A DNA stretch of 64,000 bases, taken from assembly GCF_029250625.1 (NCBI RefSeq), contig NZ_JAQXEX010000036.1; one strand, 5' to 3'. The notes under the pieces were generated by a model. That model had not been told where the DNA came from. It was given only the letters and a program-made list of their open reading frames with translations, and did no database searches. This DNA comes from Poseidonia sp. GTDB taxonomy: Archaea; Thermoplasmatota; Poseidoniia; Poseidoniales; Poseidoniaceae. Position 1 is the stretch's first letter. Every line of letters begins with the position of its first letter. The position numbers and the translations under genes were made by a program. Below are positions 18,535-28,876 of this stretch, piece after piece.

Positions 18535-19167
18535 TCATCGCATTTCAAGCCAAGCGAAGATCAGGATAATCGGTAGGACGTAAAACAGTCTTCGGTGCAT
18601 GATATGGGTTGATTCCATGTGCTCAATCACCGAAGGTGGGAGAACCTCAATGGACGAGGAAGTTCTTCTTCTTCGGTTCAGAGGGATGTGCTGTTCAACA
18701 TAACTCAAGATTTGGTTGCGCAACTCCGGGCTGCGGCTGCGCTGTTCGCCTCGGCCAACGATGTAGCGCAAGGTGTGCTTCTGAGTCATTGGGAGTGTGG
18801 CCTGTACAATGGCGAGCGGATGAGTTGAATTGTGCAAATCGATTCGAACTGCCCTCCCATCGCCACGAACGTGGCTCAGAACCCTCCATTTTCCTTGCCC
18901 TTCGTTGAACCGCTCCAAACAATCTCGTGCTTCGTCCAATGGGTCTTCTTTGCTGTAGAGGGGGGCTCGTCTCCATCCGAGGAAGGGGCCAAGAAGGACG
19001 GCGCATATGAGCGGTGTGAGGCACATTAACTCCAAGAGGCGCACCAATGCGTCAGGGTCCGTAAGCGCCGAAACGACTGCCAGAGAAAATCCGAGGAAAA
19101 GGCCGATAAAGGCTCCAGCCTGCAACCCAGTCATAAGGCCGATTCGGGGTGGAAGTTCCTCGGCCAT
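18535..19167 (-). CDS. Membrane protein with an Smr-like domain
   Basis: Two N-terminal TM helices, IDLHN / YIVGRGEQRS Smr-like motifs, C-terminal TM. Start ATG 19167. Confidence 0.55.
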   Translation of the reverse strand: MAEELPPRIGLMTGLQAGAFIGLFLGFSLAVVSALTDPDALVRLLELMCLTPLICAVLLGPFLGWRRAPLYSKEDPLDEARDCLERFNEGQGKWRVLSHVRGDGRAVRIDLHNSTHPLAIVQATLPMTQKHTLRYIVGRGEQRSRSPELRNQILSYVEQHIPLNRRRRTSSSIEVLPPSVIEHMESTHIMHRRLFYVLPIILIFAWLEMR

Positions 19168-19248
19168 GCTTATTGATGTGGGCCATTTGAAATGAAGGCT
19201 TGCCTCAAAGCGGTAAAAATTGAATAGATGAGGGGCCCAGGATAGACT

Positions 19249-20019
19249 ATGGAGCGCAACGGTCTCAGTGACCGGAGAAAAGAAATCAAAATAGGACGAT
19301 GGGTACTCGGCGTATCCGGTTTCCTGTTCGTCTCTTTTTTTCTCGCACCGCTTACCCTCGATCCCGGAACCGTGCATGACGTAGAAGGTCGTGCCAACGT
19401 GATTGACTTTTACTCAAAAGACGGGTCGGGTTCGTATGGGAATTTGGTCAAATACAACCATTCGCACGACGATGGTTTCCATGAGCATGAAGGCTATGCA
19501 TGGAGCGAAATGAATCCATATGCCGCCGTAATCTATGCCTTTGGAGACCTAAACTGCCATCAAAAGCATGAACGTTCACTTGAAATCAATGGTAATCAAA
19601 TGCCGGTCTGCACGAGGGATCTCGGTATCTTTTTTGGATTGTTTATCGGTGGGCTGTTGTTTACTCAGCGAGGGTGGAACCGGTGGACGGTCAAGGACAC
19701 CTGCCTTTCTCTTCTCCCCGCTGCTTGGTTGATTCCAGTTTATGAGCGAAATTGGAGGTTGTTTGCTTGGCTTGGAGTTGGGTTTCTACTCTGCACCCCG
19801 CTGTTGTTTGATGGGTTTTACCAATTGTTGACGGACTATGAGTCCACCAACTACAAGCGGGTGTTGACAGGAATTCCATTCGGTTTTGGCCTTGGAGTCC
19901 TTATGTGCGGTATGTTCGCTTCACGAGCTGATGCATTTTCCGCAGCAGGAGAGGTTGTTTTGCCGGGGAACTCAAGGTTTGCACTTGCTGCATCTGCTGC
20001 TCAAGGCGAATCTGAATGA
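19249..20019 (+). CDS. DUF2085 family membrane protein
   Basis: CHQKHERS, QMPVCTRD.GI, DG..Q...YESTN.KR..TG. Confidence 0.85.
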   Translation: MERNGLSDRRKEIKIGRWVLGVSGFLFVSFFLAPLTLDPGTVHDVEGRANVIDFYSKDGSGSYGNLVKYNHSHDDGFHEHEGYAWSEMNPYAAVIYAFGDLNCHQKHERSLEINGNQMPVCTRDLGIFFGLFIGGLLFTQRGWNRWTVKDTCLSLLPAAWLIPVYERNWRLFAWLGVGFLLCTPLLFDGFYQLLTDYESTNYKRVLTGIPFGFGLGVLMCGMFASRADAFSAAGEVVLPGNSRFALAASAAQGESE

Positions 20020-21371
20020 ACCGGCGGGGCATTGGACCACCAAACCAATAATTCTGAAGCATTGGTTGGGAGGGGGCAACCTTCGTGTCCGCTGGTCAAA
20101 ATAACGAGACGCTGATGGATGTCTGAAATCGACTTCTTTAATCCAGAGGCGAGTTCTTTCCCATCATCGGTATGGAATATGTCTTCAAGCGCCTTGGACC
20201 ATTCTTCTTCGGGATTTGACCTGCGCCAAGACGCTAGGGCACCTCTTAGAGGCCACATGGCAAGGGTGAGGCGGGCGAAACCGAGTCGCTCGTCTCTTAA
20301 TTTGAACAATTGGGCGTCTGAAAACGGAACATGAGATTGTTGTTTGAAAATCCAATGTTCTGCTAGAAGCCATTTTACCAGCCGCTGTGTATGCCGCTGA
20401 GTGACCATTCTGATGGGTCCTAATGACGCATGAAGTCGCGGCACTTCGCTGGAACCAACCATGAGCGAAAGGGTTCCGAGTATTGACCAGCATGAGTGTG
20501 CATAAGGTGTGGCTGGAACATCATGTTCTTGAGCGGTTTCTGTAGGCCAGTTGTCTTCTGCCTCTTGCATCCAATCGGAGGGTGATTTTCCAGACAGCCA
20601 CCCGACGTGAATTGCCGTTCGCTCTTGAGGTGCGCCAGGCAACCGCGTCTGTTTTTTCACATCATGGACCAATTGATTCAATAAATTTCGGTCCACTTCA
20701 TCCCCATCCACATTCAACGGGGACGGTTTGCGGTTGAAGAAGCGGCGCAGTTCGCTCCGGAGTGAGCGTTTGAGTTCATCCAATCCTCCCTCATTGAGGA
20801 TGGGTCCGACCACATGGCACTGATTGAAGGGTGCGGGTGCTTTTACTCCCCCTGCCAAAAGGTCATGGAACCCTTTTCGAATGGTTGTCTGAATTTCCTT
20901 CGTCTCAAAGTATTCTTGCTTATCACTGGTCATCCGTAACGTGCCGGTTTTGATACGTTTCATGGCCTTTTTAGGGTCGCAGTCAATCCACAATACCAAA
21001 TCCGGAATCATCGCAGCAGCGTTCATTTTTGCGACTTGCTCAAGACCCAACTCACCTACGACTCCCTGATAGATCAGCGAAGAGTGGATGTTCCTGTCCG
21101 AGATGACTACGCAACCCTTAGCCAGCAACGGGCGGATGTATGTGTGGGAGTGATCCAATCGGTCGGCCGCAAACAACCCTGCCTCTTCGAGAGGGGTTTT
21201 GTCACCCAATTTGACCGAAGAAAGGGCGAGTTTGCCCAGTTCGCTGTGACGGCGCGGCTCATGCGTTGAAATGACCTCTGGGAAGGGGAATTCACTGAGC
21301 AATTCAGCAAGAATTCGGGCCGCTTCACCTTTGCCGGAGCCGTCGCCCCCCTCTACTGAAATCAAGTACAT
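20001..21371 (-). CDS. tmk: Thymidylate kinase with a ~240-aa C-terminal extension
   Basis: SVEGGDGSGKG, HEP, LFAADRLDH, VISDR..HSSLIYQG, PDL. Confidence 0.88.
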   Translation of the reverse strand: MYLISVEGGDGSGKGEAARILAELLSEFPFPEVISTHEPRRHSELGKLALSSVKLGDKTPLEEAGLFAADRLDHSHTYIRPLLAKGCVVISDRNIHSSLIYQGVVGELGLEQVAKMNAAAMIPDLVLWIDCDPKKAMKRIKTGTLRMTSDKQEYFETKEIQTTIRKGFHDLLAGGVKAPAPFNQCHVVGPILNEGGLDELKRSLRSELRRFFNRKPSPLNVDGDEVDRNLLNQLVHDVKKQTRLPGAPQERTAIHVGWLSGKSPSDWMQEAEDNWPTETAQEHDVPATPYAHSCWSILGTLSLMVGSSEVPRLHASLGPIRMVTQRHTQRLVKWLLAEHWIFKQQSHVPFSDAQLFKLRDERLGFARLTLAMWPLRGALASWRRSNPEEEWSKALEDIFHTDDGKELASGLKKSISDIHQRLVILTSGHEGCPLPTNASELLVWWSNAPPVHSDSP

Positions 21372-21374
21372 GTT

Positions 21375-22229
21375 TCAGTCCTCTCGCTGGTCTTCAAAGT
21401 CAAATTTAGCAAAGATGTTGAGAATCATTCCAGCAAGAATAAGGGTCGGTCCAATGATAATAAAGCCTCTACCAAACAAGGCAAAGCCGGCAAAATACTG
21501 ACTTCTTCGGTAATGCCGTCCGCGACGCATTTCTACGGCCGCTTGGACGCCTACGAACGAAGCGAGAACGGTGACAATTCCGATTCCACTTGCAAGGGCG
21601 ACTGCGAAGTCAAGACTTGGCCCACCGATCGTCTCTGAATTGTCTTCATAGCGCGTGTCATTGCCCGTTTTCATCGTCACCGGCATCAATCCCGCATCGT
21701 CAGGGCTAAATGTACGTTCAACGGTTTGAAACCCATCCTTTGAAAAAACGATGATGTGGACTTTCTTAGCCACATTTTCCATACTGTAGTAGCCGTACTC
21801 ATTCGTTGATGTTGTTTGGAGTTGGGCCCTCGAGTCTTGTTCAAGAAGTTCAACGGTTACATTTTCAACGCCGGTACCCTCGACGTCAAGCAGAATCTCT
21901 CCAGAGATGTCTGCCGTTTGTTCGTCGGAGTTCCATGCTGATACAAAGGCCTCTGAAGGATTGCCCTGGAGAATCAACGCTCCACTGATGATTCCAAGGA
22001 TGCTTCCGATGAGAACAAGCGATGCAGCAAGATTTCTCCACCGGTCTGCATCCCGGTCCAACATCTCAAACCAATCATCTTGTTGAGGCTCTTCAACGAT
22101 GACAACCTCTTGATATTCATCCTGTGTGATGACGAGGGGCTCCTCTGGTTCGATAAGCGTTCCAGCGTTCTTCTTCGCTTGAACTCGCTCTCGAAGGGCT
22201 TTCATTCGGGTTTCGCGGTCATCCTCCAA
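21375..22229 (-). CDS. Membrane protein with a carboxypeptidase-regulatory-like (transthyretin-like) domain
   Basis: TM helix, then GVENVTV...TNEYGYY...FSKDGFQT, then two or three TM helices. Start uncertain (22229, 22205 or 22322). Confidence 0.65.
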   Translation of the reverse strand: MEDDRETRMKALRERVQAKKNAGTLIEPEEPLVITQDEYQEVVIVEEPQQDDWFEMLDRDADRWRNLAASLVLIGSILGIISGALILQGNPSEAFVSAWNSDEQTADISGEILLDVEGTGVENVTVELLEQDSRAQLQTTSTNEYGYYSMENVAKKVHIIVFSKDGFQTVERTFSPDDAGLMPVTMKTGNDTRYEDNSETIGGPSLDFAVALASGIGIVTVLASFVGVQAAVEMRRGRHYRRSQYFAGFALFGRGFIIIGPTLILAGMILNIFAKFDFEDQRED

Positions 22230-22303
22230 CTCCAAGCCCCCTTGGTGATGCCACAGTGTGCGCGGATAATACCCCTTCCCCTCGGAGTCCGCGCACAAGT
22301 CGT

Positions 22304-23512
22304 TCAGTACTTCAGTTTCCATTCTGCGAAAACGATTAATCCCACGATCACAGACAATGAGAATCCAGCAAGGATGACAAGTCCGGTGATGACTCTGGAT
22401 TCGGGCTCTGATGGTTCAGACGGGGCATCGTCTTCATCGCCGGTAGAATTGTCTTGTGGCGATTGCCCCTGGTCTTCAACCACGATGACGAACGCCTCGG
22501 TTCTTAATCCAAGTTCGACCAACCGTCCAACAGCTCCCAATGATTCCTCACTGACTTTATCGGGCGTATCTTCCATCGTATGCCAGTATTCGCCAAAGGT
22601 TCCCGGGACCTTTTCGCCGTATTGCGGGTCCATGAAACTGAGCGTAGGGATGCCCAATTCGTGAGGGTGTTGATGGTCGTCCCCAACGTAGGCAGTGATG
22701 TTGTATTGCATGGTCCCGTCACCCTCAGTTCCAGCACACGATACAGTGCCGTTTACCATTCCAAGGGCACCGCCAAGAGTCTGCGCTCGCGACTTCAATG
22801 TGGAATTTCCGATGTAGATTTCTTGGAGTTGCAGGTCACGGTCACCGACCATGTCCAACAAGACAAACGACTCCATGTTGTCGATTTCATATTGGGACAA
22901 GTTATCTGCCCAGGCTTCTGCTCCTAAGGTATAATTGTCGTTTTGGTCTTCAGCATCGTTCCAAAACAGTGTAATGTCTTGTGTGAGGTTCATTGCAGGA
23001 ATAATTCGGGCCAATTCAATCATAATCGCAGCTCCGCTGGCTGCATCATTTGCCCCGGGTACGGGCAAAGTTTGATTTGAGGCATTCAAATCCTTGTCCG
23101 CAACGTTACGGCTATCGTAATGGGCTGAAATTACGATCCTTCCCTGTTCTCCATCTCCGGTTCCGTTGAGCGTTGCAAAGAGGTTGGTGAGGTTCATTCC
23201 GTGGCTCTCATGCTGTTGGGTGTAGACTTCCCAACCCCATGCAGTCACGTTTTCTTCGACGGCTGAGCGGAAGAGCGCAGAAGGTTCGGAGCCTGGGGTG
23301 CGTGAGCCGAGGGAAACCTGCCAGCCAACCGAAGTGTTGGCGTTTGTACCGTTGAAGATCAGGCTCTCAGATATTTCGCAGAGGGATGAATGTTCGTGCT
23401 CAACGTTCCATTGGCTCTCATTTTGTGATGAAACCGATGTACTGAGCGTCATCATTGCGATGAGCAAGCACAGCCATGCCCCCGTCGCTTTCGGCGAGGT
23501 TCTTGTCGTCAT
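22304..23512 (-). CDS. Secreted, membrane-anchored M28 family peptidase (glutaminyl cyclase-like)
   Basis: Signal peptide, SAHYDSR, GANDAASG, DAED, LLDMVG, DDH, YWHT.EDT, C-terminal TM. Confidence 0.88.
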   Translation of the reverse strand: MTTRTSPKATGAWLCLLIAMMTLSTSVSSQNESQWNVEHEHSSLCEISESLIFNGTNANTSVGWQVSLGSRTPGSEPSALFRSAVEENVTAWGWEVYTQQHESHGMNLTNLFATLNGTGDGEQGRIVISAHYDSRNVADKDLNASNQTLPVPGANDAASGAAIMIELARIIPAMNLTQDITLFWNDAEDQNDNYTLGAEAWADNLSQYEIDNMESFVLLDMVGDRDLQLQEIYIGNSTLKSRAQTLGGALGMVNGTVSCAGTEGDGTMQYNITAYVGDDHQHPHELGIPTLSFMDPQYGEKVPGTFGEYWHTMEDTPDKVSEESLGAVGRLVELGLRTEAFVIVVEDQGQSPQDNSTGDEDDAPSEPSEPESRVITGLVILAGFSLSVIVGLIVFAEWKLKY

Positions 23513-23599
23513 ATTGACGCCTCCACCACGGACTCTTAAATACCTCCTTTCAAGTGGCTAAATTGGGAATCGGTCCTACGATTCCTAAAGGTGATTATT

Positions 23600-26500
23600 A
23601 TGTCGGAACGACGCTCCACTCCCGCCCTCGTATTCGTTGCTCTATTGCTCCTGATGAGCATGGGCCCATTTGCATTGACTGCAACTGCTGACTCAACCGA
23701 TGAACCAGCATCACCAGCCCCTACACAATCGGAAGGTGAAATTATCGGTGACCTCGATGATTTCAATCCCAGTGATGGAAGTGAGTATTTGTTTATTCAC
23801 GAAGATCAACCGGTCGTTTCAGCTACGCAATTCATGCGACAAGCTTGGGTTGATGCAGGCCGGCCAGGCGTTGACGACATGGTCGTTGACACCACAAGTG
23901 GGCGCGCTGGAGGGCGCGCATGCACACCACGAGTAGTAGGTGACACGCTTACGGTTGCTATCTCGGGCGGACAGATCGATGCCTATGTTGCCAAAACCAC
24001 AAACAGTGTCGCTTTCATTGTTCAAAGCGGAAGAACGCTCACCTCCACGGTTCTCAACAACCTCGCAAGCACATGGGACACGACAATCTATCCCACCATG
24101 ACGACCTACTACGGCAAAGATTACCAAGACGGCCGAGGACTTGCTCCTCCCGATGTTGACAACAACTGCCAGGTACAAATCATCGTCTACGACATCGACG
24201 GTGCCTACAACACGGGTGGATACTTCGCTCCATCGTTCTCCAGTTCCAGCGAATCCGTCTACGTCGACTATGCCGACATCACCCTTGCATGGGGCAAATC
24301 AATTCTCGCCCACGAGTTGGAACACTTGCTCCACAATGCGCTTGATCCCTACGAAAACTTGTGGATTGACGAAGGAAACGCTGACGTTGCAATCTACCTT
24401 TGCTTTGGGGCGGATTCAACCCTGACCGGGCACGTGAACGCTTGGACTGCAAATCCCGAGCAATCTGTGCGTTGGTGGAACCAACGAATTGCAGATTACG
24501 GCGCAGGCTACATGTTTACCATGTACCTTGCAGAACACCTCGGAGGAGGTCCGGCGGTCAGGCAACTCGTTCAGGACTCTGCAACAGGAGGTCAAAGCGT
24601 AGAGAATCTCGCCCTTTCGCCCCAGTCGGGTACGGTGGGGGCTGTAGGCACGACGATGAGCGAAATCTTCGCTAACTTCAGCATCGCAGCAACCTTGGAT
24701 TCAGACCAAGGAATCTATGGGTATCCCAACTTGGACTTGAACCCCATCTGCTCAGGTGGTCTCTTTTGCCGTGCTCAGCCAACCGAAATCAACAGCGATT
24801 GGAGTACGCCATGGTCTTCTACGGGGAACACTCTCGAAGGATGGGGCATTCGTTCATTCAAATTTACTCCCGGCGGAGCCTCACCCGCTCCGTTGACCCT
24901 TCGCCTGACTGCAGATGTATCGCAGTTTGATGGCGTCGTCGTTTCAAAGGCCACTTCTGACGGACTTTGGAGCGTTACTGACCTCAATTTCAACAACAAG
25001 GTGGCCACCGGCCTTGTTCCTGGATTCGGTAACCTCACCGACGAAGTATGGGTGATTACATGGTACGAAAGTACGATCGCAGACTGCGATTACACTTCAT
25101 GCGGGCCTTCCTATCCAACAGGGACCGTTGACGTAGAAGCGGCTCGAATCACCTCACCGGCTACGCTTTCCCTCAACACGACCACACTCGGAGACCGTGA
25201 CGGAGACGGTAGCGATGACACCGTTCAAATCGATTATGGAGTATTGTCAAACGCATTCTTTGAAGACCTGGATGTAGAGGTTACAGTGACCGACAGTTCA
25301 GGGGCGGTTGTAGACTTCCTAACCGACCGAATTGCAGCTGGCGGCGGTTCAACCGTTGACAGCAGCGTCTACTTTACTGCGCCACTCAACGACATGTACT
25401 CTTTTTCAATGGTCATGAAGGACATGCTTGGCTCCGTAGTCGATACGCTGCAGACATCACCGCAAACACTCAACAACATGCAACCTGTTGCAAACGGAAC
25501 CCTTTCGCTCACGGACGTCCAAACATGGGAGAACTTGCAATTCTTGGGCGATGGTTTCGATGCATGGGGGCTCTCCTTGGACAACAACACGTTGCCGTAT
25601 CTCGACACGCCCACTGCGTACGCATGGGACTTTGGTGATAACGTGACGTCAAATTTGAAATCTCCATTGCGCTCTTATGCGGCGGTAGGGTCGTTCAATG
25701 CCACACTGCGTGTCATGGACCGGGGCGGCAGTTGGTCAGAAACCGAAATCCATCCGGTCAATGTATCCGATTCAACGGATCCCTTCCCCGTCATTACCGT
25801 CAACAACATTGTCATCGACGAAGAGATTTCCCTTTTGACCAACCAACGAATCTTGTTCTCTGCGGGGCGTACTACCGATAACGTTCCCCTGGATTATCTC
25901 GACTTCAACTGGGATTGGGGTGACGGCACCAGTGACTCTGGTCTCGGAGTTTATTCTCAGCAACATGAATGGGGCGATATTGACGGTGAAAACATCACCT
26001 ACGACCTCGTTCTTACGGTTTTTGACGGCAACAACAACGGAACGAAAACCATCAAGGTGAACATCAACAATCGCCTGCCTGTGCAAATTTACGCAGAGAC
26101 AATGATGACCATGACCTACACGAATTTGGTGATGCCCGATGTCTTTATTGATGACGATGGTACCATTGAGGCCTACGATTGGACCTTCACCGATGGAGTG
26201 CGAATTGCCGCAGGTATCCCTCAGCGAGGTGACGATTACTCAACTGTATCCAGCAGCATCTCAAACCCAATCGTGTCATGGGATGTTCCCGGAAACAAGA
26301 CCTTGATGCTCAAGGTGACCGATGATGACGGAAGTGAAATGACGGCCATGCTCAATGTTGTTGTTTTGAACCAACTGCCAGTGGCTTCATTTGATGTCAT
26401 CTCGTCGTCAACAGATGGCTCCCAATCCATTGATTTCAGAGAGCAAGACGGAGAGGTGGACGAACCCTATACGTTCGATGGAAGGGACAGTACCGACCCT

Positions 26501-27802
26501 GACGGAACGGTTGGAGACTCAACGGACTTGGTTTACAATTGGACCTTCTCAGACGGAAACTTCGGAGAACGTCCTCAAGTGACTCACGCCTTTTCCGAAC
26601 CCGGCATCCACTCAGTGACGCTTGTTGTTACCGATGAACGTGGAGAAAGCAGTTTCCCCCGGACCATGACGGTCAGAATCATCAATCCACTCCCCATCAT
26701 TCAAGTTCGAATTTTGGACGGATGGATTGATGACCAAAAAATCACTTCATCAACCTCGTTCCCAGTAGGAACTGTCCCAGATGGATGGTCTCACACCTTC
26801 AACGAAGAGAACCATGTCGTTACCGCTCCCGGTGACTTGCTGTATTTCGACTCATCAGGGACTCGGGACGGCGATCGCCGCTTTGAGGGGCGCTATGTGC
26901 CCTTTGAGGCCGCCTCACCCGATTGGAACGGCCTGGTGCAATACACGTGGGACTTCGGAGATGCAACTCCGCTTGAACACGATGCAAGCCCATGGCACTC
27001 CTATGTCTTGCCCGGCACTTACCATGTGACGCTTACTGTGCGAGATGCCTTCGGAACCGGAGACGTGACTCGGATGACGTTCACAGTGGTTGTGAATTCA
27101 CCTCCAATGATCTATGAAATTTTCATCCCTGAGGAAATCATTGTTGGGGACTCATACAGTTTCAATGCAAATGTGTCGGATATGCAAGATGATGCAGAGA
27201 TGGAAATCTATCGCGATTTGGATGTTGAAGACGGTTCAATTTACGAGCGAGATGAGCGCATTCCAACAGAACTGACTGTTCGTTGGGACTTTGACCTTAG
27301 CGAGGATGAAAATGAAAACGGAAATGCCGGTGACGATTGGATTGAACCGACTGCAGGTTACGATGTTCGTGCCAGCCATGGATGGGAATTCGCTGGATAT
27401 TACGACCTCAAAGTCGAGGTGTGTGACGGCCTTGGGCAATGTAAATCAATGAGCCAAGAGGTTGAGGTAGTTCCAGAACCCGACGGCCCTCCATCACTTT
27501 CAGACTTCACAGCCGATGAATGGAAATCCTGGATTGCCGATGCTGGGTCTGAATTGGCCACCTTCATCGGACTCATCGCAGTTGCGTTAATTCTCGGTTG
27601 GTTGGTTATGCGGGAGCCAAGTTCTCTTGAAGAAGAGGCCAAGGATGCCGCAGAGACCTATTCAGATGTGGAGATGGTTGAATCCCAAGGTGGACTTCTC
27701 GGTATGGACCACCACTTGCCTCCACCAGCGCCGAAAATCCTTTCGAAGGACGAGCGCCGAAGCGATGACAGCGGTTACATTCGCCCACTTCGCCGCCGAT
27801 GA
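23600..27802 (+). CDS. Large cell-surface zinc metalloprotease (M30/M6-like) with multiple PKD domains
   Basis: Signal peptide, AHELEHL and WIDEG; repeated WDFGD/WDWGDG/WTFSDG PKD motifs; C-terminal TM. Confidence 0.85.
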   Translation: MSERRSTPALVFVALLLLMSMGPFALTATADSTDEPASPAPTQSEGEIIGDLDDFNPSDGSEYLFIHEDQPVVSATQFMRQAWVDAGRPGVDDMVVDTTSGRAGGRACTPRVVGDTLTVAISGGQIDAYVAKTTNSVAFIVQSGRTLTSTVLNNLASTWDTTIYPTMTTYYGKDYQDGRGLAPPDVDNNCQVQIIVYDIDGAYNTGGYFAPSFSSSSESVYVDYADITLAWGKSILAHELEHLLHNALDPYENLWIDEGNADVAIYLCFGADSTLTGHVNAWTANPEQSVRWWNQRIADYGAGYMFTMYLAEHLGGGPAVRQLVQDSATGGQSVENLALSPQSGTVGAVGTTMSEIFANFSIAATLDSDQGIYGYPNLDLNPICSGGLFCRAQPTEINSDWSTPWSSTGNTLEGWGIRSFKFTPGGASPAPLTLRLTADVSQFDGVVVSKATSDGLWSVTDLNFNNKVATGLVPGFGNLTDEVWVITWYESTIADCDYTSCGPSYPTGTVDVEAARITSPATLSLNTTTLGDRDGDGSDDTVQIDYGVLSNAFFEDLDVEVTVTDSSGAVVDFLTDRIAAGGGSTVDSSVYFTAPLNDMYSFSMVMKDMLGSVVDTLQTSPQTLNNMQPVANGTLSLTDVQTWENLQFLGDGFDAWGLSLDNNTLPYLDTPTAYAWDFGDNVTSNLKSPLRSYAAVGSFNATLRVMDRGGSWSETEIHPVNVSDSTDPFPVITVNNIVIDEEISLLTNQRILFSAGRTTDNVPLDYLDFNWDWGDGTSDSGLGVYSQQHEWGDIDGENITYDLVLTVFDGNNNGTKTIKVNINNRLPVQIYAETMMTMTYTNLVMPDVFIDDDGTIEAYDWTFTDGVRIAAGIPQRGDDYSTVSSSISNPIVSWDVPGNKTLMLKVTDDDGSEMTAMLNVVVLNQLPVASFDVISSSTDGSQSIDFREQDGEVDEPYTFDGRDSTDPDGTVGDSTDLVYNWTFSDGNFGERPQVTHAFSEPGIHSVTLVVTDERGESSFPRTMTVRIINPLPIIQVRILDGWIDDQKITSSTSFPVGTVPDGWSHTFNEENHVVTAPGDLLYFDSSGTRDGDRRFEGRYVPFEAASPDWNGLVQYTWDFGDATPLEHDASPWHSYVLPGTYHVTLTVRDAFGTGDVTRMTFTVVVNSPPMIYEIFIPEEIIVGDSYSFNANVSDMQDDAEMEIYRDLDVEDGSIYERDERIPTELTVRWDFDLSEDENENGNAGDDWIEPTAGYDVRASHGWEFAGYYDLKVEVCDGLGQCKSMSQEVEVVPEPDGPPSLSDFTADEWKSWIADAGSELATFIGLIAVALILGWLVMREPSSLEEEAKDAAETYSDVEMVESQGGLLGMDHHLPPPAPKILSKDERRSDDSGYIRPLRRR

Positions 27803-27850
27803 GCCGACATGACCTAAAGCCCCCGAGGTACAAGAGAGAACGGTGGAGCA

Positions 27851-28873
27851 ATGCGAGTTAGCACGTTTCTTGTTTCGCTTTTACTTCTCTTGCCCTTAAT
27901 TCCCAACGGTTCACCTGTCCAATTTGAGGCCCAAGCCGCTACCGGCTGTACGGGTGATGTTCAGCCGATCGTTTGGAATGAAACGGTTGAGCGGCAAGCC
28001 CTCGTCCCCTTCTCCAATTATGGCGGTTGGGGATTTGACGAAATGGAACGAGGCATGGATATGTCTCTTGATGAGGGGGAATCCGAATTTAATTCAGAAT
28101 TCGACCCCGCCTTACACCCCGAAGAAAGCTGGATGTTCAATCCAATGTGGCCTCTACCGGTTTTGGAGCCTCTATCAACCGACCATTATACCACGCTTCT
28201 TGTTGGAAACGACAGTGCTGGCGTACTTCGTTTCAATCTTTCAAGTCAGCACCGAACGACCTTTTGCCTCACGCTTCAAACCGTTGTTGACAATACGTCT
28301 GCTCCTGCTCAAGCAGACGTGTATCTCCTGACAACATCGCAGTATGAGATGTACCGGGAATCCTACAACAACAATCATTTCTATACGTGGATGGGTGACT
28401 TTGAAGAGGTATTGAGTGATTTATCACCAGAATGGAGAAGTTTCAATCCTGCTGGTTGGAACACCTATCGTGACGTGCATCAATACGAAAACACCGCCGA
28501 GGTCACCTTTTCTTTATCACTGGACGGTCCCGAGGTGTACAATTCTCTCTTTGATTCCGACACCTACCAGGATTTCTATCTGGTGATTGACACGTGGGAC
28601 AATTCTCACGATAGGGATGCTCAACCACAGAATGAAGTCGTTGTAGCCGATGTTACCGTCATTACGGAAGAACGAACCTTCGTCCTCCCGCCTTGGACCG
28701 TGCCTTTGATTTTCTTCATGGTAATGGCTACGGTTTTAGTGATCCCGTTCATCCTTAACAGCCGTTACATGAATGCTGGAAATGATGCTGCAGGTGGTGA
28801 TGCAGCAATGGAAACCGTACCGATGCTTGAGCAGAAGACAGCTGACGGCCTGATGCCGCCACCATCTGAGTAG
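27851..28873 (+). CDS. Hypothetical secreted, membrane-anchored protein
   Basis: Signal peptide, acidic beta-rich body, C-terminal TM; GGAG RBS. Confidence 0.7.
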   Translation: MRVSTFLVSLLLLLPLIPNGSPVQFEAQAATGCTGDVQPIVWNETVERQALVPFSNYGGWGFDEMERGMDMSLDEGESEFNSEFDPALHPEESWMFNPMWPLPVLEPLSTDHYTTLLVGNDSAGVLRFNLSSQHRTTFCLTLQTVVDNTSAPAQADVYLLTTSQYEMYRESYNNNHFYTWMGDFEEVLSDLSPEWRSFNPAGWNTYRDVHQYENTAEVTFSLSLDGPEVYNSLFDSDTYQDFYLVIDTWDNSHDRDAQPQNEVVVADVTVITEERTFVLPPWTVPLIFFMVMATVLVIPFILNSRYMNAGNDAAGGDAAMETVPMLEQKTADGLMPPPSE

Positions 28874-28876
28874 GAC

